Counted from the stretch's first letter, positions 23,100 to 35,136 are shown. The stretch: DNA of 64,000 nt from Eukaryota sp. TZLM1-RC (GCA_040285825.1 JAUPSS010000003.1:3596001-3660000), one strand, 5' to 3'. Notes: generated from the letters alone by a model not told the origin. Numbers and translations are program-made.

Positions 23100-26000
23100 A
23101 TGTCAGACACCCACTCTGTGTCACGTGCATTCACTCGGTCTTGTGCACTTAACTCGCTACTGACCCCTGCAGCGGTGCAACAGATTCGGACTGACCTTCC
23201 TTTGGTCACCGAGATTTGTCATGAAACTTCGTTATTGCTTCAATCTTTTCTTCTAAATTTTCCGTTGGCATCTAGAGCTTTAGTGGAACAGGATGTATGG
23301 TATCTTTTTATGACCGTCATCACCACTGCTTCTTTTCCAACGCCATCCACCTCTAAAGGCCAACGCCAATTACCCCATATCTTTTACAATTGATTTCTTC
23401 CTGAATGCCCACAAGACAGGTCTTTTGTTTCTTCATCGCAAAAATCTTTGGTGCCTTATAGAAATTCATTCAATCTTTTTCTCAATGCTTGGCTGCCCCT
23501 TCGGTATCTCTCAATTTTTGCAGATCTTTTAACAAACTTCGAGTCAATTTTTTTTCTTTTTTATTAGAAGTAAATGAATCTTTAATTCGAAGTCATGTAT
23601 TTTGTTCAGCAGATTTGGGTGGCATTGGATTCACCAAATCTTCGATTCTGTGTAAAGCAGCATTTTTGGGAGGTGGTAAAAATTTTGTTTTTGAATTTTT
23701 CCAAAGGTTCCCTTTTGATGTTCATCTGATCAATGGTGAATCAAATTTTTATTTGAATCAACTTCAAATCGAATTAGATAATTTGCCTAGTGATATCTGG
23801 ATTCAGTGTTTTCCTCAAAATGTTCAAGAAATTCCCACCCGATCACTTCCAAATTTACGTTTTTGCTTGAAAAAGCTTCAGCACCATCTGGTTAAATTAT
23901 ATGAAGGCTTGGATTATGAAGTAAGACTTGGCTTGGCCAAAACTAAAAATCCCGCTTTCGGTAATTTTTTAAAAGATATTCGTGATAGTTCAGCTGCTGC
24001 TTTAGTAACTCAAGTTCCCTCTGTTTATGGACTTTTGTTAAAAGACAATGAATGGCTTCTAAACATGCGTTTTCGTTGTTTTCTGTGGCCAAACAATTTG
24101 CCCAATCATTTAACTTGTAAATGTGGTAAACCTCTTTTGTTTACTCATCTTTTGAACTGTAAACATTTCATTACGTTTAGAAGCAAAGTGCATAATAACG
24201 TCAGGGACCAAATTTATGTAATGTGCAAATCATATCGAGTAGATTCCTTTTTAGAACCGCTGTTATCAAAATTAATTCTCGATGATCCCAATATTGATAG
24301 TACGCGTTACAACAGAGCTTCTATGGGTCTGACTAGAGGTGATCTAGTTGTTCCTGGTTTAAATGGTAGTTTTACTATTTTGGACGCCATGTCTATTGAC
24401 CCTTGTAATTCCTCTAACGAACATTTCATTAACTCGGATGTAAATAATCCTCTTCTTGCAGGCGAAAAATATAAAATTGCTAAATATGCGAAAACCATTT
24501 CCTCGGTTAATGAAAATTCTCATGCCCAATATAATTTATGTCCATTTGTTTTTTCTTTGCTTGGATCTCTAGGTAAGGCTGCTATGGCTTTCCTTGAGGA
24601 TTTTGTTGTAGTTGTAAAGGAAAGAACTGGAAGAATTTTCAATCGTGTTTACTGGCAAAACAGGATTGTATTTTCTATTTTTAAGGGAATGGTAACACTA
24701 ATTTCTGATTCACTATCTTCTTTTGGGAAATTTTCTGAATCTTTAGCGATTAATTGTTTTGATGTAGGGGAGGCAGGTTTTGAGGATGTGGAGTTTTAAT
24801 TGTGTATTTCATATTTGTTGTTGAATAAAAATAAATAAGGTAAAAAAAATGCTTGGCTGCAGACTCAGATTTGTAATTTTATCACTAGAAAAGGGCTTTC
24901 TCCTTACCTTGCTTGTCGGGCTCGTCAATTGGCGTCTAACGTGAAGACAAGTTTACCTAAAATTTGTCAATCCTGGACAAAAAACTTCATTCGTGCTCAT
25001 TGTAGAGCTCTAGATAAAACGAATGTCTGTGCCAATAATCTTATCTCTCTTTTACCAAATGAACCCTTAGCCCAACCCGAAGAAGTAGTTGTTGATTCTG
25101 TTCTCGAACACTACATCAATTTCAATTTGAATAATTCAAAAGAAAGATTCTTTTTATTAAATGCATGTAAGTTTATCTTGAATCTCCTTCAAAGATATCC
25201 TACCACTGCTTCTCTCCTGTCTTCACAAGATAAAATCACCTTTTCATCAAAGGAAGTTGGTGAGCTTTTTCTCTTTAATCTTAAAATTTCACAATACTTA
25301 CTCACTTTCTGTTCTCATATGCATTGCTCGAAGAAATTTAGAATAATACCTTTAGCTTCTCACAAAGGTTCTAAATTTCATGAGGTACCTTCACATGTTT
25401 TCCACTTTGTGAAAAAATTCCCACTTTTTGAAGGATCATCTTCCAAAACAAAGTTCATCAAAAATACATGTCTGAAACGAATATTCAAACAATGTCCTTA
25501 CCAAAAATTTAAGATCAACAGAAAAAGTTTGAAAAATAGATTTAAAGAATTTTTATTGAAAACTAATGGTAATGAACTGCTTTTGACCTTTGAAGGTAAA
25601 AATAATGACTCAAAAAACACAGATGATCTGGATGAACCACCGAAAAAGAAACAAGGATTGAAAAAGGAAATGAAGAGTGACCCTGATGCCAACAAAACCA
25701 GAGAAACACAGTTCAAGGGCATTAAAAAAAGGCCCCGTCGAAAACGTAGACATACAGTCGAAATTTTACCTGAAAGGCCCCTTATTGGCGTTAATCTGGG
25801 CCAATCTAGATTATGTCGTTACTTCTTAAATGATAATCAATGTGGAGTTATCCCTTGTCCAACTGGCAGAAGAAACATGACAAAACCTTCACCCAGTAAA
25901 CACTCGCCCAACCAATATTCCGTTCAAAATTTCAACCAATATTTGAACCATTGGAATTTGGTCAGGAGGAAAGTGTATTTGGAAAATAATCGCCAGGAAT

Positions 26001-26412
26001 GGAAAATAATTAAATTCGATAACTGTAGACGAAAAGAGAGACGGTTCAGAGAGAGTCTCAACAAATTTCAAAAGCTGGCTGGACATTCTGAAAAACTCTA
26101 TCTTGCTGTGGGTTCTGCTAATTTCCCTTCTCATTGCCGAAAAGTCAATCGATATGGATCAGCAAGGGCTTTCAGAAAATGATTGTGTTATCAAAAGACG
26201 TGAAGCACTTGTCAACCAGTGAATTTAATACAAGCAAACTGTCCAGCTGTTGCAGGGCCGAGAATATTCAATCAGGCTCATGGCAAATGCGTATTTGTAC
26301 TGAGTGTCAAATAGTATATGACAGAAATATTGCAAAAGATATTCAAATTAAGAAGAAAGCGGAATTATGGCCGGAAAGATACATTTGCCCAGAAGCTCTG
26401 TTGAGGAGATGA
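23100..26412 (+). pseudogene. Fanzor1-like (TnpB-family) RNA-guided nuclease gene, ~649 aa when reconstructed (23100-23496 + 24861-26412)
   Basis: Removing the CRE insert and one TSD gives in-frame NAWLQTQICNFITRKGLSPYLACRARQLASNVK. RuvC-I LIGVNLG, 'LAVGSANF', RuvC-II SEFNTSKLSSCC, Zn finger CTEC, RuvC-III YDRNIAKDI. Lesions: TGA at 23391 and a 1-nt loss in the A-run at ~26177. Confidence 0.82.
23497..24847 (+). mobile_element. 5'-truncated CRE-clade element, TSD AATGCTTGGCTGC (23484-23496 / 24848-24860)
   Basis: Nearly identical to 7454-8804. Confidence 0.88.
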
Positions 26413-27067
26413 ATGGGGTACCTGAGCATAGAGAAACAAAAACTTTTGAAAAACTGATATTTTATTTTGAGTTGTTTATTTTTGATTAAATCCTCTTGTC
26501 ACTGGGCCTTTGGCTCAGAAGTTTAATGAATTACGTGCAAAAATTCTGTCACAATTAGTGGGATGTAAAATGTTCCAAATTCCAGACCATGCTTATCTTA
26601 GTCCACATTATGGCGGTTTAGGTTGGACGAAGGCTTCTATTCTTACCTCGTGTGCTTTTGTTGGTGGATGCAGAAATGCAATCTTTGAGTTTTCCGAAAG
26701 ATTTGCAGATTGGGAAAATTTATTGCTGACAACGCAAAGTTCCACTGTTTTTGCATTAAATGAAGAAATTTCAAAAATTGATGCAGAAAAATGGGGTCGA
26801 TGCTTTCCCCAATCATTCAATGGCAATATTCCAGAAAAGAATGTTTTAAATTTGAAGTACACTCTTCGAACATTACAAAAACGATTGACTGGAATGTATG
26901 AAAATGATCTCTATAATAATATATGCAGCTCGTGATGCTTTATCCATATATGATAACAAAGAATAAGGGTAATTTATTAGAATTTCACCGGCCCTTATAA
27001 AGGCCATCACTAGTGAACTATACTATATAAATACAAATGTACTAGACTAATTGTCCACAGTACAACA

Positions 27068-30000
27068 CTACCTTTTCCCTCTCTTAGATTCCGAACGAGA
27101 GTTACGAGAACTGACTGCGGGGGAATTAGTCTTAGATTTGGAATTAGAAGATGCCTTCCGTTTCCTGGTAGTGTGAGGACTAATAGAGCGCAAATATGTT
27201 TGATATGCCTCAGTGCTTTTGACGTCAGCAACTGGGACAGACGAAGTCTCGCCGCCATACCAAACTGCGGTACAATAAGGAACTTTATTATTGTTCGAAT
27301 CTACGTAATCAAAGTGATCTATAATTTTAACGATTACAGATTCTTCCATATCACCAGCAGCAATATTCTTATGCCAATCAAGATCTTCTTTAGGGAAGTC
27401 TGAAAGGTATAGTTTACAATGATTTATACTTGCCGTAGACATCGAACCAGTGACGAGATTCTTGAGTAATAAACTTTTATTGGATTTAACTTCTTCAACG
27501 AGAAAAGGGCCAGCGAAGCAACCATGGAGTTTACCATTAGTCTTTAATCGCAAAACTAAGTCACCTTTATTAAAAGGGTTCCTATGTTTGTTAACTTCAG
27601 GCAGTTGTTGAGCTTGCCTGAGTTCTGCCTCTTCTCTCTTCTTTGAAATCCTTTCAAGTTTTGCTTCAAGATCTTTAACAAAGGGAATATTAACATTAGC
27701 TGATTTTATTAGTTCAAACATATTACTAGGATCAGCTCTAGGGCTGTGGTCGCTACCAAACATTAAATTGTAGGGCGAATGACCAGTAACTTTACTAATA
27801 GTTGAATTGATTTGAAGTTGTACAATTGGGATATATTCGCTCCAATTGCTATAATCGCCAGAGTCTACCAAAATCTTTCTAAGACTTTGTAAAATGTCTC
27901 TGTGTCGTCTTTCTACTAAACCATTGCTTTGTGAAAAGCTAGTTAGTGAACGACTTACTTCAATGTTTAATAAATCGCATAACCCTTTGAATATGGCATT
28001 TGCAAATTCAATACCATTGTCACTATGAATCAACAGTGGGATACCAAAAATTGATACTACACTCCATAGGAGGTGATTGGTTGCCTCCACTGCATTCAAT
28101 TCCTTTACAGGGCAAATGATGGTATACCTAGTGAACGAATCTACAAAAACTATTAAATATTTGAATCCATTATCATCTTGTTGTAATGGTCCAAAATTGT
28201 CTGCATTTAATCGTGCAAAAGGTCGATCAGCCCAAAGAGAACCAGATGATTCAATAACATTTTTAGGCACATGTGCCGTCCTTTGACATGCTGGGCATCT
28301 CTTAATATGATTAATCATGTCTTTGCGCATGTCGGGCCAAAAGTAATTACTATTGAGTAATTTCTTTACGCTAGCCGTCACACTAGGATGGCCAACATTT
28401 GCATGTCCATGAATGATAGTTAAGGTCTGCTTCTCTAAACTATCTGGGATAACAATCTTCCCACGATTGTTGGTATACAATTGAATATCAGAATTATATT
28501 TGTAATCTTTGAAATAGTCAGGGTTTGAATCAACATCTATAAGTTGTTCTTGCCTAATCTTTGAGATCCAAGTGTCAAATAAATCAAATTTAGTATCCTC
28601 AACTGCTTCTTTCAAGGCAGATAAGCTATTGATCGTGGGTAGCTCAATTGTGGACGGTTGAGTGAGTAATATCATCCCTTAACAAATTAACTCTAGTTAA
28701 TAAATTTAAATAGGGTAATTGTTCTTCAACTCTGTGAGGTGCCAAGTTTCTCACTTGTTGGACTCGAGGGGTTTTGGGTTTGATATCAACCAATCTAGAC
28801 AACATGTCTGCCCAATAATTCTCCTCGCCTGCAGTGTGAACTACATCAAAATTGAATTCTGACAATATTGGTAGCCACCTTTTCACAATTCTGTTCTTTT
28901 CAGCAGCTGATATAAGGTATGCTAAGTTTCTATGATCAGTGAATATAGTTAATTTCCTCGAAATTAAATAATTCTCTAAACTACTGTCAGTGAGAATTAG
29001 TAAAATTGCATACAATTCTTTCTGAAGTACAGACCCATTCTTTTGTGAAGTTGATAATAATCTGCTAAAAAAGGCAATAGGTACAACCTTTCTCTTAATT
29101 AGCGGTGTCGTAGGATCTTTAGGTGGGTTAGCTTCTTGCCATATTACTCCACCTACAGCCACATCAGACGCGTTAGCACTTATTAAAATATGCTTGTCTT
29201 CTGAGGGCAATTCAAGAGGGATATTTGCTTTGATAAGATTTATAATCTTACCAAAAGCCTCGTCATGATCAGGAGTCCACTTGATTTTTGACGGTTTGTT
29301 TCTGGTTAATTTGTTGATTGGTTCTATCAAGTCAGACAAATTTGGCAACCAGTCACGTATATAATTGATTGAACCTATAAAACTCCTAACTTCAGGTAAT
29401 GTCCTGGGTTTGGGTAGGTTGATCAGTCCCTCGATCCTAGATTCATCTATATTACGGGTTTTGTTTACAAAAATACTACCTAGAATTTTTATTTCATGTT
29501 TGCAAGTGGTAAAGCTACACTTGGGTAGGCCCAGGTTAACTCTAAAACGTTTGGCGCGTTCTAGGACCGTACCTACTCTGGATAGAAATTCATCCAGGGT
29601 CGAAGCTACTATTATTATATCATCGATATAAATAAATACGCCCTCAGAATCAAATATTTCCATCATCATGTTTTGGAAGACTGCAGGAACGTTCTTTAAA
29701 CCAAAACAAGCCCTTTTAAAACTGATCGACATCCCGGGAATTGATACGGTAGTTTTATCAATATCCTCTTCTGCAATTTTGAGCTGCCAAAATGCCTTAT
29801 GTAAATCTAGAGTTGCTATATAATTAGCTTTACTTAGAAACTCTAAAATGTCGCTAATCCTGGGCAAATTTGCCTCTACAGGTTTAGTTAAATCATTTAC
29901 TCCACCAATACCACTAAAATCGCCAGTTAATCGTGGTTTCCTGTGATCAGGGTAAATCACAAGACAGATGGGACTACTGAATTGAGACTTTGCGGGCACA

Positions 30001-30641
30001 GCAAATCCATTACGGATCAATTCGTTAAAAATTTCCTCGGCTACCCGTTGTTTTTCTGGGTTTAATCTTCGAGGTTTCCTTTTGACGACCTTACTTTCGT
30101 CATAAAATGGAATGGTCATCGGCTGACAATCAATTCCATCCGGGTGAGGTAGCCCACTAAATACATTTCTATATTTTTCGAGTAGCACGACTAGGCGTTC
30201 CTCGTCCCTAATGTCATCCAGGCATATTCTACAGCCGAACTCATCTAACTCATGTCTAAATGTGGAATGCCCAAAATCATTACCTAAGTCTGATTTATTA
30301 CTCAATTGTTCTATGAATCTAATTGGTTGACAAATTCTATTATCGAACTCACATTCAGCATTTAAAATGGTGCGGTGTTCGCGATCCAAATTAATATTGA
30401 AACCGTGCTCCGTGCGTAGCCCCAAGGTTTGTAATAAGTCTCTTCCGATCAAAAAATTATTGGTACCAGGAATGATCTAGAATTCGATCCTTAAAAACAC
30501 TTGAGTGGCCAAGCTACCCACATTTAGAGCAAAAACACCACTTGCACATTCCAGGGTCGTGGAGCGAATACGATTTGCCGATAGGTATTCGACGGTCTTA
30601 TTGTCATCAACCGTCTTATTACATTTAGAGGCTAAATCCAT
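27068..30641 (-). pseudogene. pol: protease C-half, RT (YIDD), RNase H, integrase (HHCC, DDE, GPF, chromo-like tail)
   Basis: Canonical motifs, with a TAG at ~30478 and a 4-bp duplication frameshift at ~28660. Confidence 0.9.
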
Positions 30642-33600
30642 GATATTGCTGAAAATGCAGCTCCATTATCAATTTTGCCCTGTACTTCCGCGTTGTTTAT
30701 GGTGCAAATTAACCAGAGTTCCCCGTTAGAACTTTCTTGGTTATCTGCTACCCTGGACAGTCTAACACTGTGGATAAAACCCACAGGATTGGATGACTCT
30801 CTAAATCTTTTTAATGGATTTAGGACATTATAATTCGAATCTGCTTTGCTCATTTTATAAATGGATTTGATTGAATTATTTGTAAGGTTATTGTTAAAAG
30901 ATGTATAATCATCTGATTTATTACTACTACTTTTACGTTTTCTATCACGTCTTTCACCTCCTTGACGCTTTTTTGAACCAGGTCTTCCCACTAATTTAAA
31001 ACATTTCTCTTCAGGATGTTTATTGGTTTTGCATAAGTTACACCATTGCTCTGAAGGGATGGGTCGACTGCTTGCTCTAGTGTTCTTAAAAGGACCTTTT
31101 GACTGGCTTCGTCCTTTTTGCGCAGGAGCGTGAGCACCAAAAGCTGTTCTTATCAAATTCATGTCTTTGATCGAGGATTCAAGGCTATTGATCTTGTTAA
31201 CAAATGCGTTACCTAAATCGTAAATCGCATCGCCCAGTTTCTCGTTACTCGAATCAAACTTGCCAATCCAAATGATATATGTGTCCATCAATTGATTGTT
31301 TGTTTTGTCGTTAATAGTTTCGAGAAATCTCTTTGCTGGGTAGACGACAAACGGATTACCATCCGTTCCAGGCATAATTGTACAGCGTCGAATTATATAT
31401 ATGATCTGCTCCATGAAGGCTGTCCATGAAGATTCAGCAGTCATTTTGCGACTGATCTCAGGTGGTCTTACAGACCTTAAAGCCTTCTCAACATCGGTAG
31501 GGTAATTGTACTGGGTGCTGAGTAGCAAATATTCCCAGATTTCGGCGTCAGATGGGTTGTTGCCTAACACGTTTGTTCGGCCTCCATAAAAATTCTGCCA
31601 TTCTGCGATGACCTTACCCTCGATCATAAATCTCAAATACAAAGGGTCCACTTCGAAGAACATAGATCTAACGAAGTCGTACTGATGAACAGGTTGACCG
31701 TATTTGGTGATCGGCGTAAATGCTCTGGTGGGTCCATCGCGATCCCTAACTGTTTTAGCCCAATTGCCAAAGTTAAGAACAAAGTCGAAGATCTTCTTGG
31801 CGTCAAACGCTTCATTTAACTTAACTAGGCATCTCAGTTTGTCGTCTATTCTTTTCCTCAATTTCTCCTCGTCTGTTACAGGAGTTCTATAAAGACCGAG
31901 GGTGTCGACGAGAGAATCTCTTGGAGCATTTGTTCCTAGGGGTTGCGTGGGTATAGATGATTTTATAACAGATGCTTGTGTAGGAGTTGCTTCACAAGAA
32001 GCTCTCCTAGATGCCAGAGGCCCTACAGAAGGTGTACTAAATAGGTTCATATTCCTCTCTTCTGAAGGCAATGTTTCGCCCAACTTTATGATAAATCTTG
32101 TCTTAGGAGGTTCCTCCTGCACAGGTACAGTCTGGGCTGGTGGCCTTAAATCCACCCAATCTGGTGCATCTTTAGATCCTCTAGGGACCCCTGCTAGTTT
32201 ATGATCATATGGAAGGCAACTGCTCTTTATTAAGACATTCTCAAAAACATTTTGGTCGGGCCAGCTATCAACCCATGCCTTAAGTTTAGCCATCCATGCA
32301 TCAGGATATACTAATTTTAACTTGTTAGGGCCAACACGCTGCTCTTTCAATTCAATTACCCTAGTGCCTATTTCTCTAATGTAGGACTCTTTGGTATGAA
32401 ATTGAAGAGTGTCACCTCGAGATTCATCGAATCTGCTCCCAAGCATAATAAAAATGTCCGCAATGGAATCTTTTGGGTGTACGTTCTCCACTAGGAAATG
32501 CCTTACGACGCCTCTGAGGTTTCTACCTTGTTGATTATGAGGATACATTTTAGCTATCCAAAATAGTCTGTCGTAAGCTTCTTGATTTCCACTGAAATAT
32601 ATTTTGTGGTCATCAATTGCATCCCTATGCCATTAGGCAGGCCTGGGAGTAGCAGCTTGATACTTTGAACGAGGAGCGCTGAAATAGCAATCCTCGACTG
32701 CACTCATCCTACACGAGACTGCCGAATCGGTAAGATCATCCAATCTCTTTAAAAGATTTGGACTTTGATCATAACTCTCGTAGACGACGTCGTCAAGTGT
32801 TTTGCCGTGGGCTTCCCCAAAGAGGAAGGGCCAACGTTTCGCTAAATAGTCACGTCGGACCTTCTCACATTCGGCTGAGTCTACGTCTCCCGCAAGACGT
32901 TCTGACTCATTCTCAGCCATTTTTAATAATTCGTCAGCACTCCAATCCATTACATCTTCGGGAGGATTGGCGATGAGGTCCAATAAGAAATCTCTAGTTA
33001 CAGCCTCAACTGCCTTTGCTAATTTCCTTCGGTAAAGACCATGAGAAGTCTTTTCCGTAGATGGGAAACTAGGAGTTGGATTAGGAGGATTGGGTGTATG
33101 AGGTGGTTCATCATCGCTCTCATCCCCTCTCCTGCTGTAGTTCTGATTAAGAGATCCTCTGGAATCACTTTGAGGTTCCTCACTTGAGCTGATGTCAGTA
33201 GGTGAGGAGGGAGTTTTACGTGAGGAGCTAGTCGTAGACTGTTGCTCGCCTTCGCCTCCTTCACCCTCTGTACAAGCGTCAGATTTATTACTTACAACAA
33301 ACGCTTTGAATCTTCGTTGCTCGCTCGGGGTGAGAAAACTCTTCCTACAAGGAAGGAGCTCCGAGGAGTTATTGGGATATGTGTACAGTTCTGTCACATC
33401 CACATCGTGATTACCTCTCTCCTTATTAGGGAGGTGACTTCCTTTCTGGGAGGAAGGGCTCTCCTCAGTGTGAAGTTCACTCTCCTTATTGGGGAGGTGG
33501 CTTTCTTTCTGAAAGGCAAGGCTCTTCTCAGCGGAAAGCTCACTCTCCTTAGGAGGATTACTCTTCCCGAAGGAAGGATTACTCTCCGTAGGTGGAGGAT

Positions 33601-33718
33601 TACTCACCGTGGGTGGTGGATTGTTCTCCTTCAAAGAAGGGACATTACTCTTCCTCAGAGAGGAAGGAGGGTTATCATTGTGGCTTTTCAGGCCATTAAT
33701 TAATGATGCTTTATCCAT
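30632..33718 (-). pseudogene. Very long gag (S/P/E-rich N-terminus, capsid-like core, CNLC..H....C knuckle) and protease N-half; single in-frame TAA at 32633-32635
   Basis: ORFs 32633-33781 and 30632-32548 share one frame, with 28 open codons between the TAA and the next ATG. Confidence 0.75.
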
Positions 33719-34787
33719 ATATGATAACAAAGAATAAGGGTAATTTATTAGAATTTCACCGGCCCTTATAAAGGCCATCACTAGTGAACTATACTATATA
33801 AATACAAATGTACTAGACTAATTGTCCACAGTACAACACTCGGCTGTTTTAAATCAAGATCTTCACTCACTGTTATTGGAAAAGGGTGTTTGTGAAAACA
33901 AGTCATCAGATTCTTCACTTTTTGTAACCATTGTACCACGAAGATTTGGATTGTGTGCCACTAATGAAGCATTTGTAACAAAAATGAGCTCATATTTGAA
34001 CATCCCCATTAATCAATTTTTATCAAAAGAAAAATGTATTTGTTCGAATTCACCTCAACTCACTTTGCGCCATGCTCTGAATTGCTCTAAATTGATAACT
34101 TATTGTTCTTCATTACATGATGCTGTTGGAGACACTGTTTTTAATATGGCACAAACTGCAAGAATATCGTGTATCAAAGAGCCTCTGCTGAAGGAAACAC
34201 TTTCTCTGAATAATTTTGGTTCTGATGATAGAGGTGATGTATACTGTGATTGGATTGATAATTCTGAAGCTATTGTTGACTTTGTTTCATGTAATGTTGC
34301 AAATGATACTTTGGTTCACAGAAGAAAACTTAATCCTGTGAGTGCTCTTGATTTTAAAGCAAAAGAAAAACATAGAAAATATGACAAAGATATTGAAGAG
34401 GCTAATGCTGATAGAAATACACAGCTGGTTTTTATTGCTTTCCCATTTTCGATAAATGGAAGATTATCAGATGAAGCAGAAACTTTTTTGAATGACTTCC
34501 AAAAAATGGTTCAAGAAAAAACAATGAAAAGATTTGATATTTTTTTATGGCGTTCACGGATTCAATTTGCCATTATTAATAGATTACCTTGGTTTTTCAA
34601 TCGAATAAGAGAAGCTTTAGCTAGACAGCAAGCAGATCAAGATTTTGTAGAGGAAATCTTGGTTCAATGATAGTCGTCCCATTAGTTATGAGTTAATTTA
34701 ATTAAGTGTGCAAATTCAATAAATATTTTTGTATTATTTTTGATTATTTTTTTGAAAAACTTTTGAGACCGATCTACAAATACCTTA

Positions 34788-35036
34788 GTAGCATTTGGTA
34801 GGTCCACTTAGATACATCAAGTCGCGAGGCTTTGTTCTGTGAAAGCAGTAGGTGTATTTAAGTGAGGTAGCCCATTGATGAAGATCATGATTGTCTTTGT
34901 CAAATGATGCTACATGTCTCTTACAGCCTGTGAGTAGACATTGAGAAAGTTGAAAACAGGAGTGAATTTTACAGGGGAATGTATGATAAGTAAAAATCTC
35001 AGTTACTCCCAAACTTTGAGTTGCAAACCCAACTCA
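34788..35036 (+). ncRNA. Structured non-coding segment; candidate Fanzor omega-RNA scaffold
   Basis: 14-bp stem 34805-34818/34851-34864 with two G-U pairs, enclosing GCGA (34819-34832) and GAAA (34837-34848) tetraloop hairpins. Outer stem 34788-34802/34896-34913. Hairpins at 34914-34941, 34959-35009 and 35017-35036. Confidence 0.6.
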
Positions 35037-35136
35037 GTATAGATTCTGATTTTTGAAAAGACCAACTTAATTCATCTTATCCTCCGATAATCTCACCACG
35101 GGTTGCTACTTCTTGACATTTTTGTACTACCAGCTG

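Larger units (their letters stand above)
26933..33838 (-). mobile_element. Full-length Ty3/gypsy (chromovirus-like) element, family A; identical 135-bp LTRs (26933-27067, 33704-33838); TSD CTCG
   Basis: TG..CA LTRs; CTCG at 26929-26932 and 33839-33842; order gag-PR-RT-RH-IN; PPT AGAGAGGGAAAAGGTAG. Confidence 0.95.
26489..34733 (+). mobile_element. 5'-truncated CRE-clade element (second subfamily) split by a gypsy insertion; TSD TTATTTTTGATTA (26476-26488 / 34734-34746)
   Basis: ORF 26510-26932 joins 33843-34670 in frame (NNICSS|AVLNQD). YGGLG, CIC..HALNC and RGDVYCD motifs; 13-bp direct repeat at both ends. Confidence 0.8.

Noticed and set aside
23497-24868. CRE insert spliced out as an intron to restore Fanzor
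   Set aside because: The nearest GT (CG|GTATC) joined to either nearby AG leaves the product out of frame, and host introns are ~30 nt.
32633-32635. Alternative genetic code (TAA/TAG = Gln) to explain in-frame stops
   Set aside because: Host genes end at the expected places with TAG (kleisin) and TAA (PABPN1), and long ORFs are open under the standard code.
34805-34880. SRP RNA or hammerhead ribozyme
   Set aside because: Lacks the full SRP helix-8 internal-loop arrangement and the ordered CUGANGA..GAAA hammerhead core. An Rfam scan is still needed.
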